DNA of 54,500 bases, counting the filler, from Jimgerdemannia flammicorona (Eukaryota): the NCBI GenBank assembly GCA_003990765.1. It is 3 parts of 3 records of this genome, joined end to end, with 100 filler letters (N's around TTAATTAATTAA, not from the genome) between each part and the next. Parts side by side here need not be neighbours in the genome. Positions count along the whole stretch, not along the records: positions 1 to 18,102 come from RBNJ01002305.1; 2 more parts are not named here. One strand, given 5' to 3'. How positions within the stretch are numbered: position 1 is the stretch's first letter; every line of letters starts with the position of its first letter. A program made the translations under genes and the position numbers. A model generated the notes under the pieces. It did not search any database. It was not told where the DNA came from and saw only the letters and a list, made by a program, of their open reading frames with translations. This document shows, in pieces, positions 1 to 13,146 of the stretch.

Positions 1-99
1 TTTTTTTTTTTTTTTTTTTTTTATAGTCACTTGGACTGCCCTTTATTACCATCATCTATAATAATAATGATACAATGTCCCCCCATCCCCTCAATCAAT

Positions 100-3000
100 A
101 CTCCATAGACCCATTCCTCCCTCCTCAATGCTCCCCTGCCTGAGGACAACCCAGTCACCCACTACCTGAATCCTCTCACTACTCTTCCAGGAGATACACT
201 ATACCAAACCTCTGTGACTCCTCCCACCTGGCCCCCACCCTCACCACCAGCCATTCAAAATGTCTAGTAATAACTATTTCCAATGTACTACCTTATCTCC
301 AACCCCAACTCACTGGCCCTCCTCAAATACATGTACCCAATGTCCAGCTATCCCAACCCATATGACCAGAGCCCAGCCAAGGATCAGCTATTCATTTCCA
401 ACCCTGCTGACCAGCCTACAGTATAGCTCTCCCCATCTCCCCCCTACCCCTCCCTCCAGGGTATGCAGCCCTAACCAGTCCATAATACATCCCCAAAACA
501 CCCCTAACATGTTGCACTTACCAAGCCAATGTTCAGGCATTTGTACCACTCCTCTCTCCTGTCCAACATTGAAATATTCCTCACACTCAAATGTGCTGCC
601 ATCTACCAAGTACTCAGACCAAAAGTTCAATATCACATTCTACCATAGAACTCACCACCATACCACCCAGAACTTAGGGGGCAGTTACCACATCACCCAC
701 TTGCTCCAAAGCTAGAGCCCATTCCAGTTCCACTCCTCACCAATCCTAACCCTCTGCCAGGTTTCAGGCCAAAGATCTCCACCTAAGCTCTGCAGATACT
801 CCATACCCTCCCTAAGCTGAAAGTCCTCCATCAAAACACCACCTAGCAGTAGCCTGTCCCACTGCCACATCTGTGGTCCCCACTCCCCCTCTCCTTCATC
901 ACCCTGCCACCAAAGTCCAATTCTCTTAGCTCCATCCATCACTCCCCACCAGAAGCCCTTATACCACATCCTCCTGCTCCCATCCATGGCCACCATCATA
1001 AGCAGGTCACCAGAGTCTCCTCGAGGGGAATACCAGATCTCCCACACCTTCTGCATGAGTGGCACTCACTCCCAGCCCCTCAGCTCACTTGCCCTCCTCA
1101 GCCACCAGGCCCTCAAATAATGAAGCTATTTGGTAAAGTCCACCAAACCCAGCCCACCTCTTTTCACTGGTAGTGTAAGCACCTCCCAACCTATTTGACT
1201 TTACTGCCCTCTCCAGATCCACAATCTTACCATCTTCAATAGTCCCCTGACCACCCAAGCCAGGAAATCTAGATAATACTCTACATACTACAGCTTTAGC
1301 AGCTAATATACATTCAATACCATTACCTTTCCAGCCAAGGATAAATGCTGGCCACCCCATCGCAGAAGCACATTTCCCCACTCCAGAAGTTGTCAGTCCC
1401 ACCAAGCATGGGGGAGGAGTGACCCATATACTGAGAAGTAGATCCCCAAGTAATGCACTGGCTCATCTGCCAGCACCACCATCCCAATTATGTTGCCACC
1501 AATGATTCCACCACCTAGCACCAGAGTCTCACATTTGTGCTAATTGAGTTTAGCACCAGAACCCCTCTCATACCATTCAACAGCCCACTGTAATTCCCCC
1601 ACATCCACCAATGAGCCTAGGCCAACCACCATATCATCTGCAAAGGCCCCCACCTTCCAATTTACCCCTAGAATGTCCAAACCCCTAATTTGCTACTGGA
1701 TCTTATCCAGTAGGGGCTCCAGGGAGAGGGCATATAAGATAGGTGACAAAGGGTCACCTTGAGGCACTCTCTGGCCAAGAGGAAAGGCCATACTCCTGTA
1801 GCTATTGACTACTAATACTGCCTGACTGTCCTCCAGAAGGCCGATCAATGACCTACAGAACTCCAGGAGAATACCAATCCACTTCAACACTCCCTCTAAC
1901 CAGATCCTCTGCACTCTATCATATGCCTTCTCCTGATCCAAAAAGACCAACCTGCCATCCACTCCTGCAGCCTGAGCTCCATCAATCACACCATATACCC
2001 AGGCTGTCCCATCATAAATTAACTGGCCACCTACAAATTCACATTGCTCCACACCAAGTACCTGCTGAGCAATATCTTGCAGCCTTATCACCAATATCCT
2101 TGTCACCAGTTTACAGTCTATGTCAAGTAGCATGATTGGCCACCAGTTCTTCCAATCTTCCCACCTCCTCTTATTCTTATAGAGCAAGGAGACCAGTCCT
2201 AGATGCTGATCTGCAATCCAAGCACCAGACTGAAGAACCTCACTACACATATCTGTCATTTCCTCCAATACCTTGCTCACCCCAGCTATCTTCTTTCAAA
2301 AATTCCAGGGTAATCTATCCTCCCCTAGAGCTATCCCCTTACTGGTTGTGGCCAAAACCTTGCAAATTTTCTCTCCACTCACTGGGTCCCCCAATGTCCC
2401 CAGGCCCATCATAGGGTCTGGATGCCAATCTCCCAGCTGCCTTTCAATGTCCAAGGTATCCTCCCCTCCTTTCTCCTCACTCCATAGATTCTCCCAATAG
2501 GTTCTCAGCAAACCCAAAATAGCCTGAGTCCCCACCACCAGCTCTCCATCCACATTCAGGACTCCCTCCCACCACTGCTTCATTTGTCATGCTTGTAACA
2601 TCTGCAATAAAAACCTAGTAGGTCTCTCCCTCTCCTCAAGTCCCTGCCACTGCAGCTGTACTACTATCCTCTTTAGCCTCTCCTCCTCCTCTCTTTGTAA
2701 CACTTCTTTAAGCTTCTCAACCTCCTTTTGGATTCTCACAATATGCCAGTCAGTCACCTCCCAATCTTCTAGTACTCCTGCCCATCTCCCCATAAGTACT
2801 GCCAATTACTGCAAGGCCCATAGCACTCTCTGCCATCATTGGGTACTCCTTCCTTTCCCTGCATCCCTTCAGTACCCCTGAGCATTTGCCTTCAGCCTCC
2901 TCCAGTGGTCCCCAATCTCTAGGCCCCAGGCCCACCACCTCTCAATATTCCCAATAACCTCCTTTTCCCAGTCCACCCACAAAACCCCATCCTCCAACAA

Positions 3001-3752
3001 AGAAGAATTTAGCCACTAATATCCAGACCCATCCTCACTTCCCCCAAACCTCTCCCCTCCTAGCAGCCCCTAGTGATCAAACTATGGACACCAAACCACC
3101 TCTAGTGTCAACCAGACATCTGCTCCCCAGCAATCTGCTGTCAAAATCCAGTCAATCCTGGAGCCCAGCCCTGCTGCCCAGTGAGTATATACCTAACAGT
3201 TGGTCCAAAACTACCTTCCAGAATCCACCAAAGAACTCAACCTCTCTAGTTCCAACCAGTCATCCAACCCACCACTCTTGCTCCACATTCCTCTCCCTCC
3301 ATCTGTCCTGTCTATTCCCTTATTCCATACTATGTTGAAGTCACCCCCCAAACAGTCCAACCCTACCTCACCCAAGACACCAGCTTCTTTCAACCCTCAA
3401 ATCCAATCCACCCACTCCCCTCTCTCAGCTGGGTAGTACAAGATTCAACTGTCAATGGGCTCCATTCAGGCCTCTTCCACACTCTCTATACCATCCAAGA
3501 CCCCCAATGTCCAATGTCTCCAATGTCCCCCATCCCTTTTCGAATGAGAATACCCACCCTCCCCATCTATACCGTAGCCCCCCCCCATTCCTTAGTCCAA
3601 TCCTGTAGGTCTACATCTATCTCATAATGGACATTCTGCAGCAAGAAGAGATCTGCATCCAGTCCTCTTAGCTATCCAAATATGTACTTTCTCCTAGCTG
3701 CCCCCCATAACCTATTTATGTTCAAAGAGAAAATTCTAGTTATATTGTTCAT
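100..3752 (-). pseudogene. LINE ORF2: APE endonuclease + reverse transcriptase, many stops
   Basis: N-terminus MNNITRIFSLNINRLWGAARRKYIF..ADLFLLQ and GGDFN (APE). RT motifs WWPIMLLDIDCK, LDQEKAYDRV, PQGDPLSPILYAL and AFADDMV (~1640). C-terminal end approximate. Confidence 0.9.
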
Positions 3753-3784
3753 AATGAAAAAATATTTGCATTTGAGATTCTATC

Positions 3785-5717
3785 CTAATATTCCATACTC
3801 ATCTCATCCCCAGCCAGATCCAAGTACTGTTCTGCTTCCAAGTCACCCTCCACAACAGCCTGAGCATCTAGTACCTCCAAGATTTTCTGACATTCCACCC
3901 CATCCACCACCTCCATCTCTGACCAGTAGTCTATACAGACCATGCACCACTTCTCCAATCCCTTCCTCAAGTTCCACAAGAATACTGTCTGATCATTCAC
4001 AATCCCTCTAAGCTCCTCCTCTCTCTGATCATTGACTTGGTATTCAACCAATTCTAAGAGGACTGCCAGAATCTCATTCCTCACCTTTCTTGATACCTCC
4101 TCTCCTCATAGGATTTCCTCCCAATACCTCTCTTCCATAACCCAGAAATCCTCACCCCCCAGCTCCTCTGCTGCTACCCCTTCCAGAGTTCTCCACAGCC
4201 ACTTCTCCTCATCCACCACCTCCACCAAACCCTGGGCAATCCGACTACCCCCCACCTCTGGGTCCACCAAAGCACTTCTCCTCACCAACTCATCCCACTC
4301 CTCATCTGATATATCCAGCAACTCCTCCTCCCCCCCTGCTCCACCCGAGACACTATACTGAGAGTGTACTCCTTTACTCATTTCCACATCTACCTCTACA
4401 CTGCCTACCCTCACTGCTTTCAATTCAACCAGAGCCCCACCTTGGGCCAACCCACTTCCCCCAGCCCAGGCACTCTCCTGCAATCCTGCCTTCCCATCCC
4501 CTGTACTGCTATCCACTCCACCACTACCCAACTTCGCCAGCAGCTCCTTTTGGATTTTCCTCCCCTGCATCTTCTCTCAGGTCACTCAATCCATCCTGAC
4601 CTTCTTTCTCTCAACTTCTTCCACCATCATCTTGGCCTCATACTCCTTCTAGGCCAATTGCCTCCTCTCAACTGCTCTTTCCAGATCCTCCAGAGCCTCA
4701 AGCAAGTCTTCCTCCTCTTCCTGAGTCCCCTTCACTCTTGCAACCTTGCACTCCACAGGTCCCCACCTCAGAGTTGCCAGCCAGTCCCTCATCTTCTCTG
4801 TGTTCTCCTTGCCAGCCAGCCTCACTCTGATGCCAACATCACCAGTCCAGAGTACTGTATCCTCCCAGACCTTAAATCCAATATCCACAATCTCCCTACA
4901 CTCCTTGACTACCTCTACAATCAACTCTCTAGCCCTCTCCTTCAATACCATAGGAAGATCCAATACTATCAACTGTACCACTTGGGGGTCTCAGTACATG
5001 CACCTGGTTATAGGGACCACAACTCCACCAACTGTCACTCTCTTCTCCATGGCTACCAGCAATGCTTCTTCTTCTTCGAACCCCACCTTGACCCCTTCTT
5101 TCCCCTTCAAAAACTTCACTAAAGCTGCTCCTTTTGCCTCCTGCACCACCAGCCCCAAGATCATCCTTGCAGTCACTATCAAGCCCCTGAAATATATTGT
5201 AACAGCGAATTCGAACCTTGATTTCTTGAGTAATAGTACCAACACTATATCTGTCACCCTATCCACCAGATCTCCAGGCCTCGTGCCCACCCCCTGTCCT
5301 GAATTAGCTACTGCCATCATATGTATCTGGATTTTTTGCCAGATTCCCAGTTATAGCCCCATCAACAGTCACATCTCCAGCCCCTACTCCCCCTTCTCTC
5401 CTACCACTGGACACTCCCCTGGACACTCCTTCCTGTTCCCTAGCAGCAGCCATTGATGCCTTCCCTAGGCCCAGTCAACCATTCAGACCAGAGGCCATCT
5501 TCCTCATTTTGACCTTATCAGCAAAGATCAACTGCTCCCCTCCTTGCTGTTGCAAGTCTCCCCTCCCTCTACCACCAGGGCCTTGGCTAGCCATCAAGGC
5601 CCCCAGTATTCCCAAACCATCTCCTCTCCTCTCCACCTACTGCCAGCCAAAGGCCCCACCTCCCCCCTGGTCAGTACACTCACTAGTTTGATTATTGCCA
5701 TCTATATCAATAGTCAT
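3785..5717 (-). pseudogene. LINE ORF1 (gag-like), fragmented
   Basis: ATG at 5717 (MTIDIDGNNQ...LIFADKVK); ORF pieces 4991-5320, 4649-4981, 4106-4570 and 3785-4084 lie on the same strand directly upstream of ORF2. Confidence 0.65.
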
Positions 5718-5810
5718 TAATTACCAAAAATATTGTAGAAAGTGTTGTCAGAGTCTTGTGTCACCTGAATGTTACTAGTGGAAGGATGGAGAATTTGATG
5801 TTTGGCTTTG

Positions 5811-8800
5811 AGGAGAGTGGATATGAGTCTCTATCAATATCCACAAAGGAGTACTACCAGACATAGAGAAAGGAGATGAAGTAGACACAGAAGTCTTCAT
5901 ATACTCAGTATACAAGAATAAGAGCAAGATATCTAAGCTCACAGATGAGCAGTGATATAACAAAATTATTAATAACTATGCCCCTCAAGAAAGATGCCTC
6001 TATAGTACTAGGATGTACTGCTCTGAACACCTGAATGACTGCTGGTCCTATATTAGTAAAGTCAGGAAAATCCACTAATAAAAGTATAAGCAAGAAGTTG
6101 CTGAAGTAAAAAGGAAAGCTAAAGAAGATAATCAGCCCCCAGAGCTTTAAGCTAATAGTAATGATGAGGAGGAATAAGAACCAGACATCACTCTCAAGGT
6201 CAACAAGTTTTATCCTGAAGCTAAGATCCCAGAATACAAGACTGAAGGAGCCATAGGAATGAACCTTACTAGCATTCAAGATGCTACCCTCAAACTATAG
6301 ACCACCACTCTACTTGGTACTGAAATTGAAGTCAAGTTGCCAGAGAACTATGTTGGAATCATCAAGACCAGGAGCAGTCTGGCCAAAAGTGAAATCTCAG
6401 TTAAAGGAGGAGTAATTAACTCTGATTACACTGGCAAGATCTTTCTCATAGTTAGGAATCACAATCCCACCACTCCATTTGAAGTCAAGAAGTATGACAG
6501 AATTGGCCAGATGCTGATCCATGAAGTCAAGAAGCCCAAGATCACTGAAGCCATCAAACTCATCAAGATCAAAAGAGAAGAACAAGGCTTTGAATCTACT
6601 GGAAGAGGAGCTTATACTACCACTAAGATTACTGAACTTGAGCATAAGAAAGACAAGAATCAGAACAAGCATACATATATATACCATTGGAGAAAACTTT
6701 CCCCTGGAAGAATAACTTCTCAAGATCCTATATTAGAATAAAGAAGTACTTGCCACAGACTTCAGAGATATCCACAATTAAGAACCCAAATACTACTATG
6801 AAGTTGACACTAGCAATACCAAGCCCATCTACCAGAAAGTCAGATCTATACCACCTGCCTACAGAGAATAGCTATGAGCAGAACTCAAGAAAATAGAAGA
6901 AGCTGAAATTATCAAGCAAGCTATCAGCCCCTGGGCTTTACCTATTGTCCTTGCTCTAAAGAAAGGAAACAAGCCTGGAGAGTTTGCCCTAAGACTCTAT
7001 ATTGATTACAGAAAGCTCAATACATCACTAAGAAGAATAGGCAGCTCTTGCTAAATATTCAAGAAATTCTTACCACCCTTGGAAGTGAAGCCAAATACTA
7101 CACCATCTTAAATCTGTTCTCAGACTTCCATCAGATTGGTCTCACTCAAGATACCAGTGAGAAATCAGCCTTTATTACACCTAATGCCACCTATGTCTAC
7201 CTGTGAATGCCATTTGAAATATGCAATACTCCAGTAAGTTTTCGGTGAATGATGAACAGAGTCTTCAGTAATGAGATTGGAAAATAGCTCTTTGTCTATA
7301 TTGATAATGTGATCATCTTCAGCAATACTGTATGGAAACATGTCAACTATATACAGCTAGCTCTCAAGAAGCTCAAGGAGCATGGCCTCTATATCAAGCC
7401 CAAGAAGTATAAGTTTATAGCTCAGAAAATTGCCTACCTAGGACATCTCATCAACCAAACTGGAATTCACACAGACTCTATGAAGATTGAGACTATTGCA
7501 GCCTACCCAAGACTCAGAATAACTACAGAAGTCCATGTCTTCCTTAGACTGGCCTCCTATTATAGAATATTTATCAAAGGATACTCTAATATTGTAGCAC
7601 CTATCTACAAGCTACTGAAGAAGGAGACTAAATTCAAATAGACCAAGAAATACTAAGAATCTTCAATGAACTCAAGACTAGGTTGACCCAAGTATCCCAT
7701 CCTTAGAAGATCAGATTGGAATCTAAAGTTCATCCTGCAGAGAGATGTAAGTACTATAGGATTTAGAGCAGTCCTAGCTCAGAAGAAAAATGGATATGAA
7801 TATGGCATCTCTTATATAAGCTAAGGTATCCATAGAGTAGAACAGAACTATGAGTCATGCAAGCTTGAATACTTAGCAGTAGTTTAGGCAGTAGATAAGT
7901 TCCACTACTACCTAGCTAGAAAACACTTCACTATTCAAACAGATCATTCTGCTCTCACCTGGCTATTCTACACTCTGAACTCCAAAAGAATATATACTAG
8001 ATAGATCTACAGACTGCAAGAGTATGACTATACTATCAAGTATTACTCAGGAAGAACCAATACCAATGCTGATGTACTCTTAAGGATACTCTGAAACACC
8101 CCCATCAAGACTATTTAACATGAATAAGGAGCTATACTATAAATTAATCAGCTATCTTAGGCAGTGGAAGATACTCAACCACCTTGAACCCTGGACAATC
8201 AATATTATCAACCAGACTTGGAAACAATTTGAACTAGACAACACCACACTCAGAAAAGGAGAAAAGCTCATAATACCTAAATACAAGAAGTATCAAGTAA
8301 TGAAGAAAGTATATAAATAAGGATATCTAGGAGGAACCAACATATATGACAAAGTAAGAAAAACTATGTAGTGGCTCAAGATGGAAGAAGACCTGTGCCA
8401 ATTTATCAAAGAGTGTGATAAGTACCAAAAACAGAAACAAGATCAGTAAGATCAGATATCTAGGTTATCAAGAATTGAGTCTATCTCCTTCCACCACATT
8501 GCAATAGATATTATTAGACTGTTACCAGTAGTACTATCAGGAAACTACTATATTATAGTTATTGTAGACCTCTTTACTAAATGGATAGAAGCAGGAGCAT
8601 TATAAGAAATCAATGCTCTCTCTATAGCTGACTTTCTGTACTGAGAAATCATCTGCCACTACAAGACATCAAAGTAAATTACCACAGACTGCAACACAGA
8701 ATTTATAAATGGATTCTATGAGATAATATATTAGAAATACAAGATTCAGCATATCAAGACCACTGCATACTACTCTCAAGAAAATGAACAGACAGAGAGA

Positions 8801-9455
8801 ACTAATAAGATTCTCAAGAACATTCTGGTAAAGATCTCAGATATACATATATGACAATTGGGATAACTATCTCTCAACTGCCCTCTCTATCCTATAAGAT
8901 ATATAGTCACAGAGTACATACTTTACCTCAAGAGAACTGCTCTTTGGAGAAGAAGATTCTGATAGAACCTCAGCTATAAATCTAGACTTAACTTGAAGAT
9001 GAGTTGACTCAGAAATCCAGAGACTATATCAAATCAGAAAGAAGGCTGAAGATTACATCATCAAGTCACAAGCACTGACAAGAAAGAATGCAGAAAAGAA
9101 TCACAAGACTCTAGAACCCATCCAAATTAGAGAAAAGGTCCTACTGTATCGAAATATGATAGAAGCCTCATGGTCACAAAAACTGGGAAGAACTCTTCTA
9201 CATGTAAGATATCAAGAGAACTATCTTCTGGCTTAGAAAACTCTCAGAGACCATACTATCTACTATGGTATACAGGAACAGACTCAAGAAGTACCATGAA
9301 CCTATATAAGAGAAGCAAAACATAATGACCACCCATGAGGTTCTAGTCCACAAATTATAACAGCATGTCCCATGATCAGCAGGCAATCTGTCTGGACCAT
9401 TCTCTAAGAGATATAGCATCAGCAACTACTCATCTGTGAGACTTTCAAAGCCAGA
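5811..9455 (+). mobile_element. Truncated, degenerate Ty3/Gypsy pol (end of PR, dUTPase, RT, RH, IN), dUTPase family copy A
   Basis: Colinear with the minus-strand element at 9792-17627: VSINIHKGVLPD, TRSSLAK..GGVINSDYTG (dUTPase), VYIDNVII, RNase H NADVL, integrase MNKELYYKLISYL. No LTR seen. Confidence 0.9.
6195..6606 (+). pseudogene. dUTPase domain within Gypsy pol (copy A)
   Basis: dUTPase motifs TRSSLA, GGVINSDYTG, DRIGQ and REEQGFESTG. Confidence 0.88.
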
Positions 9456-9791
9456 GGAGTTTGAACCATCAACTGATTGATCAAGATCAGAATCCATCTT
9501 TTTCTCCAGTAATATTCAGGTTATACAACATTTTGGCAACATTTTCAACACAGTTTCTAGAGAAAAGCTACTAGTATCATTTGGTAGAATCAGCCATCCT
9601 GTCACAACCAGGTGACCCGATATTACAATTAATCGCATCTTTGTCATCAATAGGTAAATCGTCATTCTACATCATTAATAGGGAATGTCCTATTCACCCA
9701 TTCAGAATGCTACTTGATATTAATCAATACTAATTATCCAAGAAGTTGATTTATTAATCACCAAATTAATCAACAGATAACAGGTTGATAG

Positions 9792-10258
9792 TGTAATATA
9801 GCAGATGCTTACTCTTGAAAGTATGTCAGATTTCTGTATCTTGAAAACTTGACTGTTATGACTCTTGCAGAGTCTCTTGAAGTTGTAGGGGAGAGTGGGT
9901 GAGTTCGAAATATATCTGCCTGCAGGCTTACTAGCTCCTTTGCTATCTCTTTGCTTTGAACTATTTCGATCTAAGGTTTATTCACTCTAAGATACTGGGT
10001 TATTTATACAAGTTTACTAGCTATGAGATGGCTACTGAGTTACATGGCTAAGTTATGAGTCATTTAGACAATATCTAGGAATTTAGACAATGTCGAAATG
10101 CTATACTAAATCAGGACATTTGATTTAGACAATGTCTAGAAATTTAGACAATGTCGAAATCGGGGGCTGCTAACTATAAGGCTATACTACTTTGGGAATG
10201 GGTGCGATCAAGTGTCTATTCCCTATTTCCTTCTCCCTAATTCAGCTATACTATCACA
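9792..10258 (-). repeat. 3' LTR of element B
   Basis: Direct repeat of 17162-17627; preceded on the minus strand by the purine tract CAGGAGGAAGT (PPT, ~10259-10270); internal TTTAGACAAT repeats. Confidence 0.95.
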
Positions 10259-10350
10259 ACTTCCTCCTGAATAGATGATCTTGTCTCTGAGGCATCTCAT
10301 TCAAACTCCCAGGCTTCAACTGTCTGTATGATCTTGTACTGTTCAATCTG

Positions 10351-10734
10351 TTATGTGACTGTCTCCCAATGATGTCTCTTTACTTTATTGAAGTCCGTAG
10401 GGGTTACTCCTTGCAGGTGGGCTAGTGCTGATTCATCTTCTTGAAATAACTTGTGGATCCTCTTGGCGATGGTGATCTGTGAGTAAGAGAGTTGACACTC
10501 TGTGATCCAGTCTTCTTTGGTCTTCGCTGGATCCTGGTTGAGTACCTGTCCAAGTTTGAAGTACTCTTGGAATTCGTTTCGATGCTGATAGGCCTTGAAG
10601 TGTGAGATTCGAGAGAGATGAATCTGCATGATACTTTGGATACTATCATAAGACTCCTCTATGATCGGAGGCTCAGTGGTGCACCATTGTCTCTCGATGG
10701 CTCTTTGGGTAGTGCTAGTGATCTTGAGTGCCAT
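10351..10734 (-). CDS. ORF3, accessory protein of unknown function between integrase and 3' LTR
   Basis: ATG 13 nt after the integrase stop; 127 aa open. The frame continues past a TAA (probably a former CAA) almost to the PPT. Confidence 0.7.
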   Translation of the reverse strand: MALKITSTTQRAIERQWCTTEPPIIEESYDSIQSIMQIHLSRISHFKAYQHRNEFQEYFKLGQVLNQDPAKTKEDWITECQLSYSQITIAKRIHKLFQEDESALAHLQGVTPTDFNKVKRHHWETVT

Positions 10735-12042
10735 CGTGGTACTTTTGTTACTGGCTATGATATTTCTTGAGTCAGTTTCGGTGAATAGTAGTGGGGATTA
10801 TTGTGCCTGAGGGTTTTCGTAACCAAAAGGTGGTCCCTTTTATATCTTGCACCAGGTAAGGTCCTTCCCACTTGGGCTCCAGTTTTCATGACCATGAAGC
10901 TTCTACCATGTTCCAATACACTAGGACTTTATCTCCTATCTTGATAATCTCCAAGGGTTTGTGGGTCTTTTCCATATTTCTCTGTTGTAGTGTCTGTACC
11001 TTGGTTATGTAATCCTCAGCCTTCTTCCTGATTTGGTGTAGTCTCCATATTTCCATGTCCACATGTTTCCATACAGCATCTCCATTGGATGATAGGATTC
11101 CCTGAGAACATTCTTCTCTAAATAGTATTTCTTGAGGGGTAAAGTGAGTACTTTGTGATCGGATATCCTGGAGAGCAGATAATGCTATTGGCAGATAGTG
11201 ATCCCAGTTCTTGTAGTTATTGCAGATCTTGGCAATAATGTTCTTGAGGGTTTTGTTGGTCCTTTCTACTTGTCCATTTCCTTGAGGGTAATATGCTGTG
11301 GTCTGAATATGCTGGATCTTGTACTTCTTGTAGAGAACTTCGAAGAACTGGTTTATGAATTCTGTTCCTCTATCTGTAGTTACTTGTGTTGGGGTCTTGA
11401 ACTGGTAGATGATTTCTTTGTAAAAGAAATCGGCGATTGATGGTGCATTGGCTTCCATAAGGGGTCCTGCTTCTATCCATTTTGTAAAAAGGTCTACAAT
11501 GATGATGATGTATTGGTTGTCAGTCAAAGTCAAGAGTAGGGGTCTGATTACATCCATTGTAATGTGGGTGAATGGTACTGGTTCTATGTGTGCTGATCCT
11601 GGGGCTTGATTTCATTGGTCTTGTTTCTGTTTCTGGCATTTGTCGCAGGTCTTGATGAATTGTCTGATATCTTCCTCTATCTCTGGCCACCATATTGTTC
11701 TTCTTGCCTTGTCATATGTATTCATTCCTCCTAGATGGCCAAGTTCATGTACTGATTTCATTGCTTGCTCCTTCTTGTGTTCTGGTATGACTAGTAGTTT
11801 TCCTTTCTTCAGTATTTCTCCATCAGTTTCGAATTGTTTCCATGTTCTGTTGATAATCATTTGTATCCATTCTTCCAGATGTTGGGGCATCTTTTGCTGT
11901 CCCAGGTATGTGATGATTCTATAGTAGAGCTCTTTATTCATAATTGCTTTGTTGGTTGGAGGTAGTTCGAGGTGTCTATGAGAGAGCATCTGCATTGGAA
12001 TTTGTTATTCCAGGGTGGTGTATGATGGTTACATCATAGGCT

Positions 12043-13146
12043 CTACCTCGGGTTGGTTTGCTGTGCCTGCAGGGGCATGGTGGGAGGAGGGCAATGGTGA
12101 TGAGTTGCCCCTTTATTGGTGTCAGATCGGTGCTTCCTCCACTTTTTCGTGGATTCTGGTGCCTTCAGCTGCATCTGGGGTGTACCCGTTTTGGTGCAGC
12201 ACCTTCTTCCTTTTGCCGTCGCCAACAAGGAGTTGTCTCGGTATGTCTCAGGCTACGTAGGGAGTCGGCCGACCTTGGGCATCAAGTGCTCAGTATAGGT
12301 TACCTGCAGGTCCTCGGTGCCTGTGATGGGGCTCTCTGGCTTTGGCGAGCTTCCCGGTGAGTGCGGTTCTGGTATAGGTGACTGCTTTTTGGGTGTTGTC
12401 GGGATGGGAGGAGAGATGGCCATCACAGATAGGCGGAAGGGCGATTACGGTGAACCAGTAGGGTGCCAGGCTGGGGGCGGTCGTCGGGGCTGGGGCAGGT
12501 GCTGCTTCGGTGGGGCCTTTTGATTGGTGCGGTACGGTTAGGTAGTAGGTGTCACTCTCGGCTTCTTTTGGCGGGTAGCGGGGTGGGGCCCCAGTCGTCA
12601 GGGGGGGTCGGGGGGCCTGAGGCTACCCATTTCAGGCATCTTGGCTGCACTTAACTGGAACCGGGAGCTGACATGGCAATGTGATCGAGGCCCGCAGGCT
12701 TGAGTAGTGGGGTATTGGGGGTTTCCTCCCACCTCACATATAAGTCCTTTACTCACCTCGACTGGGAGAACCAGGCCCTACCCACCATGTTGTGCTTTGA
12801 TGAGGGTTTTTTCTTTACCTATCATTCTCTTTGGGGTGGCAGGGGCTATTCTATTTGGCTCAGACGTGGCCTTGTACATACGTTGGGTTCTCAGGCATGC
12901 GCTTTCGGTCGTTGGCATATGGTTGGGTTTCCTCTGGTAGTAGGGAGAGCATGGTGCACAGAATGAGGTGCAGGCTTATCAGCCCTGCTGTGCCTGGCAT
13001 GGTCGAGCTACTGGACAATAGCTAGCCTAGGTTAATGGGGGGGCAGTGCTTGGTGGGTGGTGGGGGAGGGTTTTGGCCTATATAGTCTAGGTTCCCTTCC
13101 AATAAAAATCTGTGAGACATGAGTCCGTTAAACAAAAAAAAAAAAA
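12043..13146 (+). mobile_element. 5'-truncated non-LTR retrotransposon (family LINE-B, copy 1) inserted in RNase H of element B
   Basis: 17-bp TSD TGGTTACATCATAGGCT (12026-12042 and 13147-13163), AATAAA and a poly(A) tail. Removing it restores MKLQAYDVTIIHHPG..NADALS. Confidence 0.92.

Larger units (their letters stand above)
1..5810 (-). mobile_element. Full-length, degenerate L1/Tx1-like LINE (family LINE-A, copy 1)
   Basis: Poly(T) at 1-22 is the poly(A) tail; AATAAA lies ~20 nt upstream on the minus strand. ORF2 has APE and RT motifs and ORF1 lies upstream. The same 3' end occurs at 40264 and 54500. The 5' border is placed where Gypsy homology begins (~5811). Confidence 0.92.

Noticed and set aside
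260..5691. Many Pro/Ser/Leu-rich plus-strand ORFs
   Set aside because: Antisense shadows of the purine-rich LINE coding strand.
10351..10734. ORF3 as retroviral env
   Set aside because: Short and hydrophilic, with no signal peptide or transmembrane segment.
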